From the NCBI RefSeq assembly GCF_000027125.1, contig NC_017626.1: a stretch of 64,000 nucleotides of DNA. The stretch is one strand, 5' to 3'. Positions 18,334 through 27,921 of this stretch are shown here, piece by piece. The DNA is from Escherichia coli 042 (GTDB lineage Bacteria; Pseudomonadota; Gammaproteobacteria; Enterobacterales; Enterobacteriaceae). The position numbers and the translations under genes were made by a program. How positions within the stretch are numbered: the stretch's first letter is position 1; every line of letters starts with the position of its first letter. Below the pieces are notes generated by a model. It ran no database searches. It was not told the DNA's origin and saw only the letters and a list, made by a program, of their open reading frames with translations.

Positions 18334-19070
18334 TGGACCGTTTGATTTATACCGCCCTGAGCGGTGCTTCTCAGACCCTGTACGAGCAGCAGATTAGCGC
18401 CAACAACCTGGCGAACGTCAACACCAACGGTTTTCGCGCCGACATGGCGATGGCGACCAACGACAAGGTGAAAGGCGGCGGCTTCGACACGCGCTATATG
18501 GCGCAGGAAGGGGCCAGCGGCGTGAACGACAGCACGGGTGTAGCGGAGAAAACCGAACGCCCGCTGGACGTGGCGATTCAGGGCGCGGGTTACATTGCGG
18601 TGCAGGATAAAAACGGCAACGAAGTGTATACCCGCAACGGCAACATTCAGCAGGACGACCAGGGGCAACTGGTCATCGACGGCAATCTGGTGCTGGGGGA
18701 TAACGGGCCGATCATTCTGCCGCCGAACGCCATCGCCTCGTTTGGCAGCGACGGCACGCTGTCGGTGACGCCCGATGACGGCGACGTGACCGCGACGATG
18801 GATATCGACCGCCTGAAGCTGGTGGATATTCCGGTTGCTAACCTGGCGAAAAATCCTGAAGGGATGCTGATAACTGCCGACGGCGTTCCGGCCCAGCGCG
18901 ATGAAAATATCAAAGTCAGTGGCGGTTTTCTCGAAGGCAGCAACGTCTCGGCGGTGAGCGAGATGATGTCGTCCATCGCCATGAACCGCCAGTTTGAAGC
19001 GCAGATCAAGATGATGAAAACCGCCGAAGATATCAGCGACGCGGGCAACCGCTTATTGCGCGGCTCGTAA
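18333..19070 (+). CDS. lfgF: FlgF homolog (rod)
   Basis: 245-aa ORF with rod-type termini (ISANNLANVNTNGFRAD; MNRQFEAQIKMMKTAED). Confidence 0.85.
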   Translation: MDRLIYTALSGASQTLYEQQISANNLANVNTNGFRADMAMATNDKVKGGGFDTRYMAQEGASGVNDSTGVAEKTERPLDVAIQGAGYIAVQDKNGNEVYTRNGNIQQDDQGQLVIDGNLVLGDNGPIILPPNAIASFGSDGTLSVTPDDGDVTATMDIDRLKLVDIPVANLAKNPEGMLITADGVPAQRDENIKVSGGFLEGSNVSAVSEMMSSIAMNRQFEAQIKMMKTAEDISDAGNRLLRGS

Positions 19071-19077
19071 CCGCACA

Positions 19078-19215
<138 letters not shown>

Positions 19216-19248
19216 CCGCGGCCGAAAAACAACACGGAATTTACCACC

Positions 19249-20034
19249 ATGAACGCAGCACTATGGATCAGCAAAACCGGCCTCTCGGCGCAGGATGCTG
19301 AAATGAGCGCGATTGCCAACAACATCGCCAACGTTAACACCACCGGCTTCAAGCGTGACCGGGTGATGTTTCAGGATCTGTTCTACCAGACCCAGGAAGC
19401 GCCGGGCGCGATGCTCGATCAGAACAACATCATGCCGACCGGGCTGCAATTCGGTAGCGGCGTGCGCATTGTCGGCACCCAGAAAACCTTCACCGAAGGC
19501 AACGTCGAAACCACCGACAACGCCATGAATGTCGCCATTATGGGGCAGGGGTTTTTGCAGGTGCAAAAGGCCAACGGCGATATCGCCTATACCCGCGACG
19601 GCAACTTGCAGGTGAACGCCGACGGCGTACTGACCAACTCGCAGGGCTTGCCGTTGCAGCCGGAAATCGACGTTCCGGCGGGGGCGACCAACGTCGCGTT
19701 TGGCGAGGACGGCACGGTGACGGCGATCTTACCCGGCGACAGCGATGTGACCGAGTTAGGGCAACTGACACTGGTGAACTTCGCCAACCCAGCGGGGCTT
19801 TCTGCCGAGGGCGACAACCTGTATCTGGAAACCGCCGCCAGCGGTCAGCCGACCGAAGGTGTGCCGGGCGAAGATGGGCTTGGCACCTTGCAGGACAACG
19901 CGCTCGAAGGCTCGAACGTGGATATCGTCAACGAAATGGTGGCGATGATTACGGTGCAACGCGCGTACGAGATGAACGCCAAAATGGTGTCGGCAGCGGA
20001 CGATATGTTGCAGTACATCAGCCAGACGCTGTAA
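19249..20034 (+). CDS. lfgG: FlgG homolog (distal rod)
   Basis: 261 aa from ATG 19249 (MNAALWISKTGLSAQDAEMSAIANNIANVNTTGFKRDR); track ORF start at 19123 lies inside the REP cluster. Confidence 0.88.
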   Translation: MNAALWISKTGLSAQDAEMSAIANNIANVNTTGFKRDRVMFQDLFYQTQEAPGAMLDQNNIMPTGLQFGSGVRIVGTQKTFTEGNVETTDNAMNVAIMGQGFLQVQKANGDIAYTRDGNLQVNADGVLTNSQGLPLQPEIDVPAGATNVAFGEDGTVTAILPGDSDVTELGQLTLVNFANPAGLSAEGDNLYLETAASGQPTEGVPGEDGLGTLQDNALEGSNVDIVNEMVAMITVQRAYEMNAKMVSAADDMLQYISQTL

Positions 20035-20046
20035 GGGAGTGGGGGC

Positions 20047-20163
20047 AACGTGCGGTCTGATGCCCTCACCCCGGCCCTCTCCCACAGGGAGAGGGGGAAA
20101 AGCGGTGCACGATGTAACAACGCGCACAGGTCAGTCCCCTCTCCCTTGAGGGAGAGGGTTAGG
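20047..20163. repeat. ~115-bp interspersed element with inverted termini, copy B
   Basis: CTGATGCCCTCACCCCGGCCCTCTCCCACAGGGAGAGGG...CCCCTCTCCCTTGAGGGAGAGGGTTAGGGTGAGGGGG; same family as 12821-12936. Confidence 0.75.
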
Positions 20164-20240
20164 GTGAGGGGGAACAAACAGCTCCGCACCCACTAAACAA
20201 CCGGCCACCCCCGTGGCCTGCAACACTAAACAGGCAGAAC

Positions 20241-20906
20241 GTGAAAAATTATCTCTGGCTGGTGGCGCTGCTTCCACTCCTTAGCGGGTGTGAATCACAG
20301 GCCATTCTGGTCAAAAAAGACGACGCATACTTTGCGCCACCCAAAACCGAAGCGCCGCCTCCGGCAGACGGGCGTGCCGGGGGCGTGTTTGAAACTGGCT
20401 ACAACTGGTCGCTAACCGCCGACCGGCGGGCTTACCGCGTGGGCGATATCCTGACGGTGATCCTCGAAGAATCTACCCAGTCGAGCAAACAGGCGAAAAC
20501 CAACTTCGGCAAAAACAACACCGTCGATATCGGCGCGCCGACCATTTTTGGTCACACCAAAGATAAGCTTTCCGGCTCTATCGACGCCAACCGCGACTTT
20601 GACGGCAGCGCCACTTCCCAGCAGCAGAACAGCCTGCGCGGGGAGATCACCGTTTCCGTCCATGCGGTGCAGCCCAACGGCATTCTGGAAATTCGCGGCG
20701 AAAAATGGCTCACCCTCAACCAGGGTGATGAGTACATCCGCTTAAGCGGCCTGGTGCGCGCCGACGATATCCAGAACGACAACTCGGTTTCCTCCCAGCG
20801 GATCGCCGACGCCCGCATTTCCTATGCCGGACGCGGCGCGTTAAGCGACGCCAACGCCGCAGGCTGGCTGACGCGGTTGTTTAACCATCCTCTGTTCCCG
20901 ATTTAA
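20241..20906 (+). CDS. lfgH: FlgH homolog (L-ring lipoprotein)
   Basis: 221-aa ORF with lipobox (LLPLLSGC). Confidence 0.88.
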   Translation: MKNYLWLVALLPLLSGCESQAILVKKDDAYFAPPKTEAPPPADGRAGGVFETGYNWSLTADRRAYRVGDILTVILEESTQSSKQAKTNFGKNNTVDIGAPTIFGHTKDKLSGSIDANRDFDGSATSQQQNSLRGEITVSVHAVQPNGILEIRGEKWLTLNQGDEYIRLSGLVRADDIQNDNSVSSQRIADARISYAGRGALSDANAAGWLTRLFNHPLFPI

Positions 20907-20920
20907 TGCCGGAGAGTGCA

Positions 20921-22021
20921 ATGCAAAACTGGATAAAGGCCGCAGCGATCGCTGTAAGCCTGGCGCTGCCCGGCGTGGCGCTGGCGCAATCGCTGGAGTC
21001 GCTGGTCAACGTACAGGGCGTGCGTGAAAACCAACTGGTCGGCTACAGCCTGGTGGTCGGCCTCGACGGCACGGGTGATAAAAACCAGGTCAAATTCACC
21101 AACCAGACCATCACCAATATGCTGCGCCAGTTTGGCGTGCAGCTGCCGAATAAAATCGACCCGAAGGTGAAAAACGTCGCGGCGGTGGCGGTGAGCGCCA
21201 CGCTGCCGCCGATGTACTCGCGCGGGCAGACCATTGACGTCACCGTTTCGTCGATTGGCGATGCCAAAAGTATTCGCGGCGGCACTTTATTGCTTACGCA
21301 GCTGCACGGCGCAGATGGCGAAGTGTATGCCCTGGCGCAGGGAAGTGTGGTGGTGGGCGGGATGAATGCCACCGGGGCCAGCGGTTCCAGCGTGACGGTT
21401 AACACACCGACCGCCGGGTTAATTCCCAACGGCGCGACGGTGGAGCGTGAGATCCCCAGCGATTTTCAGATGGGCGACACCATCACCCTCAACCTGAAAC
21501 GCCCGTCGTTTAAAGATGCCAACAATATTGCGGCGGCGATCAACGCTTCGTTTGGCGGCATCGCCACCGCGCAGAGTTCCACCAACGTTACCGTGCGCGC
21601 GCCCACCAGCCCCGGCGCGCGGGTGGCGTTTATGTCGCAACTGGATGATGTACAGGTGCAGGTAGAGAAAATCCGCGCCCGCGTGGTGTTTAACTCGCGC
21701 ACTGGCACGGTGGTAATGGGCGATGGCGTTGCGCTGCACGCGGCGGCGGTGTCGCACGGCAGTTTGACCGTCTCGATTAACGAAACCAGCAACGTCAGCC
21801 AGCCGAATGCCTTTGCGGGCGGGCGCACGGCGGTAACGCCGCAGAGCAATATCGCGGTGAATCACGCCCGTCCGGGGGTGGTGAGTTTGCCGGAGTCGAG
21901 CAGCCTGAAAACGTTGGTTAATGCGTTGAACAGTTTAGGCGCGACGCCGGATGACATTATGTCGATTTTGCAGGCGCTGCATGAAGCGGGCGCGCTGGAT
22001 GCCGACCTGGAGGTGATCTGA
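20921..22021 (+). CDS. lfgI: FlgI homolog (P-ring)
   Basis: Signal peptide ([23 protein letters not shown]) and FlgI-like body; start at 20921 with GGAGA ribosome-binding site preferred over track start 20906. Confidence 0.85.
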   Translation: MQNWIKAAAIAVSLALPGVALAQSLESLVNVQGVRENQLVGYSLVVGLDGTGDKNQVKFTNQTITNMLRQFGVQLPNKIDPKVKNVAAVAVSATLPPMYSRGQTIDVTVSSIGDAKSIRGGTLLLTQLHGADGEVYALAQGSVVVGGMNATGASGSSVTVNTPTAGLIPNGATVEREIPSDFQMGDTITLNLKRPSFKDANNIAAAINASFGGIATAQSSTNVTVRAPTSPGARVAFMSQLDDVQVQVEKIRARVVFNSRTGTVVMGDGVALHAAAVSHGSLTVSINETSNVSQPNAFAGGRTAVTPQSNIAVNHARPGVVSLPESSSLKTLVNALNSLGATPDDIMSILQALHEAGALDADLEVI

Positions 22022-22320
22022 TGAAAGTTAACGGCAGCGGCGGGATTGATGGCAGCGACGCATTAATGGGGCCGAAGGTTCAGGCCAATGATATCAAGCA
22101 GGCTGCGGAACAGTTTGAGGCGATTTTTTTACGCAACATGTTGAAAGAGATGCGTAAAACCAACGAGTTGTTCGATTCGAAAGATAACCCGTTTAACAGC
22201 GATTCGGTGCGCATGATGCAGGGGTTTTATGACGATGAGTTGTGTAACACCCTGGCGCAGCAGCACGGGATTGGGATTGCGGCGATGATTGTGAAGCAGT
22301 TGTCGCCGAAGCATAAATGA
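22021..22320 (+). CDS. lfgJ: FlgJ homolog, rod-binding domain only, no muramidase domain
   Basis: 99-aa ORF with FlgJ N-terminal-type sequence (AAEQFEAIFLRNMLKEMRK); ends before a REP cluster with no room for a glucosaminidase domain. Confidence 0.75.
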   Translation: MKVNGSGGIDGSDALMGPKVQANDIKQAAEQFEAIFLRNMLKEMRKTNELFDSKDNPFNSDSVRMMQGFYDDELCNTLAQQHGIGIAAMIVKQLSPKHK

Positions 22321-22334
22321 GGCTCCGACGTTCG

Positions 22335-22421
22335 GTGCCTGATGCGACGCTGGCGCGTCTTATCAGGCCTACGAGTCGCCCGTATGTAGGCCGGATAAGG
22401 CGTTCACGCCGCATCCGGCAC
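22335..22421. repeat. REP/BIME cluster
   Basis: GCCTGATGCGACGCTGGCGCGTCTTATCAGGCCTAC followed by GTAGGCCGGATAAGGCGTTCACGCCGCATCCGGCA. Confidence 0.85.
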
Positions 22422-22495
22422 CCGGTTTACGGAACTTAAGAATCCCCAACCTAACGCCGCTTTTAACCGGCACGATTTACCGGTAAGGATCCAAC

Positions 22496-23872
22496 ATGGA
22501 CATGATTAACATCGGCTACAGCGGCGCATCAACCGCGCAGGTGGAGCTGAACGTCACGGCGCAAAACACCGCCAACGCCATGACCACGGGCTACACCCGT
22601 CAGGTGGCGGAGATCAGCACCATCGGTGCCAGCGGCGGTTCGCCGAACAGCGCCGGTAACGGCGTGCAGGTCGATAGCATTCGCCGCGTCTCCAACCAGT
22701 ATCAGGTGAATCAGGTGTGGTATGCCGCCAGCGATTACGGCTATTACAGCACCCAGCAAGGGTATCTCACGCAACTGGAAGCGGTACTGAGCGACGATAA
22801 CAGCAGCCTGAGCGGCGGCTTCGATAACTTTTTCGCCGCCCTTAACGAAGCGACCACCAGCCCCGATGATTCCGCCCTGCGCGAGCAGGTGATCAGCGAA
22901 GCCGGGGCGCTGTCGCTGCGTATCGACAACACGCTGGATTACATCGACTCGCAAAGCACGGAAATCATCAGCCAGCAGCAGGCGATGGTGTCGCAAATTA
23001 ATACGCTCACCAGCGGTATCGCCAGCTATAACCAGCAAATCGCTCAGGCCGAAGCCAACGGCGATAACGCCTCCGCGCTGTACGACGCCCGCGACCAGAT
23101 GGTGGAAGAACTCAGCGGGATGATGGATGTGCAGGTCAATATCGACGACCAGGGCAACTACAACGTTACCCTGAAAAACGGTCAACCGCTGGTGAGCGGG
23201 CAGCAAAGCTCGACCATCGCGCTGGAAACCAACGCCGACGGCACGCCGACCATGTCGCTGACCTTCGCCGGAACCACCTCGACGATGACCACCGACACTG
23301 GAGGTTCATTAGGCGCACTGTTTGATTATCAAAACGACGTGCTGACGCCGCTGACCGACACCATCAACAGCATGGCGTCGCAGTTTGCCGATGCGGTCAA
23401 CAATCAACTGGCGCAGGGCTACGATCTCAACGGCAACCCCGGCGAGCCGCTGTTTATTTATGACGCCAGCAACGCCGATGGCCCGCTGACCGTCAACCCG
23501 GATATCACCGCCGATGAGCTGGCGTTTTCCAGTTCACCGGACGAAAGCGGTAACAGCGACAACTTACAGGCGCTGATCAATATCTCCACCGAACCGCTGG
23601 AGATAGCCAACCTCGGCAGCGTGACGGTCGGGCAGGCGTGCTCGTCAATCATCAGCAATATCGGCATTTACAGCCAGCAAAACCAGACGGAAGTCGATGC
23701 CGCGTCCAATGTCTATTCCGCAGCGCAAAACCAGCAGAGCAGCGTCAGCGGCGTCAGCATGGACGAAGAGGCGGTTAACCTGATCACCTATCAACAAATT
23801 TATGAAGCCAATCTGAAAGTCATTTCCGCCGGGGCCGAGATTTTCGATTCGGTGCTGGAAATGTGCAGCTAA
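22496..23872 (+). CDS. lfgK: FlgK homolog (hook-associated protein 1)
   Basis: 458-aa ORF with axial-protein N-terminus and FlgK position. Confidence 0.85.
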   Translation: MDMINIGYSGASTAQVELNVTAQNTANAMTTGYTRQVAEISTIGASGGSPNSAGNGVQVDSIRRVSNQYQVNQVWYAASDYGYYSTQQGYLTQLEAVLSDDNSSLSGGFDNFFAALNEATTSPDDSALREQVISEAGALSLRIDNTLDYIDSQSTEIISQQQAMVSQINTLTSGIASYNQQIAQAEANGDNASALYDARDQMVEELSGMMDVQVNIDDQGNYNVTLKNGQPLVSGQQSSTIALETNADGTPTMSLTFAGTTSTMTTDTGGSLGALFDYQNDVLTPLTDTINSMASQFADAVNNQLAQGYDLNGNPGEPLFIYDASNADGPLTVNPDITADELAFSSSPDESGNSDNLQALINISTEPLEIANLGSVTVGQACSSIISNIGIYSQQNQTEVDAASNVYSAAQNQQSSVSGVSMDEEAVNLITYQQIYEANLKVISAGAEIFDSVLEMCS

Positions 23873-23886
23873 GCGGGAGCGCGAAA

Positions 23887-24816
23887 ATGCGAGTAACCAC
23901 CCAACAAACCTACGTCTCGATGACGCAAAGTTTTAATAATCTCTCCGGCGATCTGGCGCATGTGGTCGAGCAGATGGCAACCGGCAAGGAAATTTTGCAG
24001 CCGTCGGATGACCCGATCGCCGCCACGCGCATCACCCAGTTGAACCGCCAACAGTCGGCGATTGAGCAGTATCAGAGCAATATCGACTCCGCGTCGGCGG
24101 GGTTAAGTCAGCAGGAATCAATCCTTGATGGCGTCAACAACAGCCTGCTGGCGGTGCGCGACGACCTGCTGGAAGCGGCGAATGGCACCAATACCGCCGA
24201 TTCGCTCGCAAGTCTCGGGCAGGATATTGAGTCGCTCACCGAATCAATGGTCGTGGCGCTGAACTATCAGGACGAAGACGGGCATTACGTGTTTGGCGGT
24301 ACCATCAACGATCAGCCGCCGATTGTGGCGGTGGACGATGACGGCGATGGCGTGACCGACAGCTACAGCTATCAGGGCAACAGCGACCACCGCCAGACCA
24401 CGGTGTCGAACGGCGTGGAAGTGGATACCAACGTGGCGGTGAGCGATTTCTTCGGCAGCAATTTAGATGTGCTCAACACACTGAATACCCTGTCGCAGGA
24501 GTTGCAAGACCCAAACGTTGACCCGGCCGATCCGCAGGTGCAGAGCGATATTCAGAACGCCGTTGATGTGGTGGACACCGCCTCGGATAACCTCAACGCC
24601 TCGATTGCGTCGCTCGGCGAGACGCAGAACACCATGTCGATGTTGAGCGATGCGCAGACCGATATCTCTACCTCTAATGATGAGCTGATTGGTTCATTAC
24701 AGGATCTCGATTACGGCCCGGCGTCGATCACCTTTACCGGACTGGAAGTAGCAATGGAAGCTACCCTCAAGACTTACTCGAAAGTGAGTGAGTTGAATTT
24801 GTTCAGCGTTCTCTAA
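23887..24816 (+). CDS. lfgL: FlgL homolog (hook-associated protein 3)
   Basis: Start at ATG 23887 (MRVTTQQTYVSMTQ) with GGGAG ribosome-binding site; flagellin-like N-terminus (GKEILQPSDDPIAATRI); track start 23863 overlaps lfgK. Confidence 0.82.
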   Translation: MRVTTQQTYVSMTQSFNNLSGDLAHVVEQMATGKEILQPSDDPIAATRITQLNRQQSAIEQYQSNIDSASAGLSQQESILDGVNNSLLAVRDDLLEAANGTNTADSLASLGQDIESLTESMVVALNYQDEDGHYVFGGTINDQPPIVAVDDDGDGVTDSYSYQGNSDHRQTTVSNGVEVDTNVAVSDFFGSNLDVLNTLNTLSQELQDPNVDPADPQVQSDIQNAVDVVDTASDNLNASIASLGETQNTMSMLSDAQTDISTSNDELIGSLQDLDYGPASITFTGLEVAMEATLKTYSKVSELNLFSVL

Positions 24817-24832
24817 CTCTTTCAGGAACAGT

Positions 24833-25810
24833 ATGCAGGTCGGACTTACATCTTCGTCACTCGCCACCGGCGGCGCGCATAGCGCTGCGGTATCGTCGTC
24901 AACCGTTGCGCCCACTCAGGCGGTGCGGCAAAAACTCCCGGCGACGGCGAGTGAATATCCGGCCTCGCCGCTGATTACCACTCGCCCGCAGCGTTACAGC
25001 GTGCAGCTTAACGACCAGCTCACCACGTTGCAGCAGGCGGATCACTATCTCGGGCAACTGGAGCAGCAGTTGCTCGATTATCGTCACAGCCAGCGCAAAG
25101 GCGGGCAGGCGCAGAGTTCGGCGCTGATGCAGATGCTGGACAAACGCACCGCGCTTTCCGGCGGTGCGGTGGACCGCCAGTTGCAGCCAGTGTTGCAGGG
25201 GGAAGCGCGGGTGACTTTTCACTCGCCGGATCTGGCGAATCTGGTACACAATCCCACGCCGGGAACGCGCATGTTCAGCGTCTCTGACGGGCGGCAGACT
25301 CAGCTTTCGGCGGTGATGCTGTCTGAGGATGACAGCGCTGGGCAGTACCAGACGCGGCTGACCAACGCCCTGCGCCGCGTGGGCGTGCAGATGCATCAAA
25401 ACGCCGATGGTATAAGTTTCTCCACCACTGAAAAACAGTGGCCCAACATTGAAAGCACCCTAAGCGTGCGCACCGATGGTGATAAATCAGCGTTTATGCC
25501 ACTAAAAACCTTTGCCGAACCGTCGCAGGCGGACCGCTTAGTGCAAAGCCTGCAACAGGGCGGAGCGGGGATTTCTCAGACGTTAGAAAGCATTAATCAG
25601 CAGCGTGTGCAGATGGCGGTACAGCAGGAAAAGGCGCGGCAGTTGATCGACGGCATGTCGCGCTTCCCGCAAACGGAAAGCGCCGTGCAGGCGTCGGAAA
25701 ATCTCGGCGGCGTGCTGGATAGCGCCAATCATAACTATCAGGTTTTATTGCAGGCGGTGAACGGTCAGGCGCGAATTTCCAGCCAGACGGTGAGGAGTTT
25801 ATTGGGTTAG
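24833..25810 (+). CDS. lafW: Lateral-flagellar protein of uncertain role
   Basis: 325-aa Gln/Ser-rich ORF after lfgL; symbol assigned by position in the Flag-2 gene order, not by motif. Confidence 0.55.
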   Translation: MQVGLTSSSLATGGAHSAAVSSSTVAPTQAVRQKLPATASEYPASPLITTRPQRYSVQLNDQLTTLQQADHYLGQLEQQLLDYRHSQRKGGQAQSSALMQMLDKRTALSGGAVDRQLQPVLQGEARVTFHSPDLANLVHNPTPGTRMFSVSDGRQTQLSAVMLSEDDSAGQYQTRLTNALRRVGVQMHQNADGISFSTTEKQWPNIESTLSVRTDGDKSAFMPLKTFAEPSQADRLVQSLQQGGAGISQTLESINQQRVQMAVQQEKARQLIDGMSRFPQTESAVQASENLGGVLDSANHNYQVLLQAVNGQARISSQTVRSLLG

Positions 25811-25828
25811 GGTTATTGTCATTGTTGC

Positions 25829-25874
25829 TTTTATAGCTATTAAGCTATAGTTTATCTATAGCATAAAAGCTATG
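25829..25874 (+). promoter_or_regulatory. Palindrome-rich putative operator/promoter of the toxin-antitoxin pair
   Basis: Repeated TATAGC/GCTATA and CTATAG half-sites (TTTTATAGCTATTAAGCTATAGTTTATCTATAGCATAAAAGCTAT) just upstream of the toxin gene. Confidence 0.45.
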
Positions 25875-25882
25875 AGGGACCG

Positions 25883-26227
25883 ATGATGTGGGACGTCGAG
25901 ACAACGGAGACTTTCGACAACTGGTTTGATGCCCAGACTGTTGCGCTGAAAGAAGATTTACTTGCTGCAATGCTGATTCTTGCTGAGTATGGCCCACAGT
26001 TGGGCAGACCCTTTGCGGATACGGTTAATGATTCACAGTTTTCAAATATGAAAGAATTACGCGTCCAACATCAGGGAAACCCGGTACGTGCTTTTTTTGC
26101 TTTCGATCCTGCGCGCCGTGGCATTGTATTATGTGCGGGTGATAAAACGGGGTTAAATGAGAAAAAGTTTTATCGCGATATGATCAAGCTCGCTGATTCT
26201 GAATACCGTAAGCATCTGAAAAAGTAA
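25883..26227 (+). CDS. HigB/RelE-superfamily toxin-like protein (Gp49-like)
   Basis: 114-aa ORF resembling the HigB/Gp49 killer family (ELRVQHQGNPVRAFFAFDPARRGIVLCAGDK), paired with a downstream HTH protein. Confidence 0.7.
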   Translation: MMWDVETTETFDNWFDAQTVALKEDLLAAMLILAEYGPQLGRPFADTVNDSQFSNMKELRVQHQGNPVRAFFAFDPARRGIVLCAGDKTGLNEKKFYRDMIKLADSEYRKHLKK

Positions 26228-26236
26228 GGAACGATA

Positions 26237-26536
26237 ATGGCTACTCTAAAAGAACTGATGGCAAAGCAAAGCCCTGAAAGCCAGGCGCGTATTGCGGCAA
26301 AAGTTGAGGAAATGCGCCAGACCATCGCCTTGCATCAGCTGAGAGAAGAACTCAATATTTCGCAAACGGAAATGGCGGCAGCGATGGGCATTAAGCAACC
26401 GACTCTTGCAAAAATGGAGCAGGCAGATAACGATCCTCGGTTGTCTACGCTAAAACGCTATGTTGCGGCTTTAGGTGGGGAATTGAGTATCGACGTTAAA
26501 CTGCCGAATGGTAAGAGAATTGCATTTCAGATTTAA
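26237..26536 (+). CDS. HigA-like HTH (XRE-family) antitoxin
   Basis: 99-aa ORF with HTH (LNISQTEMAAAMGIKQPTLAKME), 10 bp downstream of the toxin gene. Confidence 0.7.
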   Translation: MATLKELMAKQSPESQARIAAKVEEMRQTIALHQLREELNISQTEMAAAMGIKQPTLAKMEQADNDPRLSTLKRYVAALGGELSIDVKLPNGKRIAFQI

Positions 26537-26593
26537 TTTTGGGGTGCATTTTATGAACCGGATTAGATAAAACGGTATCTAATCCGGTAAACA

Positions 26594-27487
26594 TCAGCAT
26601 TTCTGCACAGTATTTAACAACTTCTCTAAATTCTGATACATCGCGCTATTAATATCGCTATTCTGCCAGCTATCCACATTAAAAGTTAATTGCCAGCTAC
26701 CGTTGCACTGGTTGCGCAGAACAATATCACTCTCCAGTCGGTTACGAACATATTTATAATAGGTTGTCATTGTCATATTATGCGCTGACAATAAATTATC
26801 GAGTTTGTCTTTTCCTGGTGCGAGGGTTTGTGACAGTAACGGTACGGAATTATTTTCCTTTCCAGAACTAAGATGAAATATTTTTATTCTTGGACTGTTA
26901 ATTGACTCTTTTACCAGTTGCGGGGCGTCAGGTGTACTTTTCAAGTGTGAATACCCCACGGTTGAGCCAACCAATATAACAGCTGCGGCCAACGCTAACC
27001 CCATCAGTCCTTTATGTTTTTTTCTAACAGGCACATACGGTGTTGTCGAAGATATCTCTTCTGGGGCTGTATCCTGTATCTGGTCGGTAATAATCAGCGC
27101 TTCTGCAGGCGATGACTCCGGCAAAGACACATACTCTTTATTGCATAAGTAACCTTTCTTCGGAATTGTTTTAATAATGTTCTGTTGTTTGCCATCATCG
27201 TCGATAGCAACGCGCAACGCATGGATCGCCGTCGGCAGGCTGTTTCCGCCGACAATACGGTTCTTCCATACTTCGGCACATAAATAAGATCGCGATAAAA
27301 CCACATCGGCATTTTTTGCTAATGTTTCCAGCAAAATAAAATGGTATTCGCCGAGACGACGTGTTTCACCCGTTTCGCAATGTATTAAGGCATTAAGCGA
27401 CGGGTCCATCCGCCAGTTGTTGATAATAATACTCATAGTTGAGTTTACCTTAGCAAGGGATAAATGTTTCCTGATAGTGCTTTGCAT
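26594..27487 (-). CDS. lafZ: ToxR/CadC-like membrane-anchored transcriptional regulator
   Basis: N-terminal winged-helix OmpR-type segment (LRVAIDDDGKQQNIIKTIPKKGY), one TM helix (GLMGLALAAAVILVGSTVGY), periplasmic C-terminus; start may be internal ATG 27436. Confidence 0.7.
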   Translation of the reverse strand: MQSTIRKHLSLAKVNSTMSIIINNWRMDPSLNALIHCETGETRRLGEYHFILLETLAKNADVVLSRSYLCAEVWKNRIVGGNSLPTAIHALRVAIDDDGKQQNIIKTIPKKGYLCNKEYVSLPESSPAEALIITDQIQDTAPEEISSTTPYVPVRKKHKGLMGLALAAAVILVGSTVGYSHLKSTPDAPQLVKESINSPRIKIFHLSSGKENNSVPLLSQTLAPGKDKLDNLLSAHNMTMTTYYKYVRNRLESDIVLRNQCNGSWQLTFNVDSWQNSDINSAMYQNLEKLLNTVQKC

Positions 27488-27849
27488 AAAGCACAGTCTT
27501 ATACGTCCCTGAGAAGATGATTTTTCTGCGTGATAATTAATATTTTATGGTGATAAGATTATTCTTAATCACTATATAGCGTGGAAATGTAACGAAATGA
27601 CAGGACAGGTACAATAGCCAAATGTGTACTATTTGCAACGCAATGTAAATTTTGGCATCAGTACATTGAGAACAAAACGCGATAATTGATGACAATCTTA
27701 ACTATATCAAGCGTTTGATAAAGACATATTTTGATACCTGGCCATGTGGCAGATATTGCTAATAATCTTTTTATCTGAATTTAAACTCTGCTTTTTTTAG
27801 CTAAAAGTGGCATCGGATAATACGTGGCGAAAAAATTATAACGGCGATT

Positions 27850-27877
27850 TTAAGTTTGCTCCTGAGGTGTCGTTTTT
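27850..27877 (+). promoter_or_regulatory. Candidate sigma-28-type promoter upstream of lafA
   Basis: TTAAGTTT, 12-nt spacer, TCGTTTTT about 45 nt upstream of the lafA ATG; same layout as the lfgM candidate. Confidence 0.3.
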
Positions 27878-27921
27878 ACAGGGTATCGAAACGAAAACGA
27901 TTAATCCCAAGGAGCAGTATC

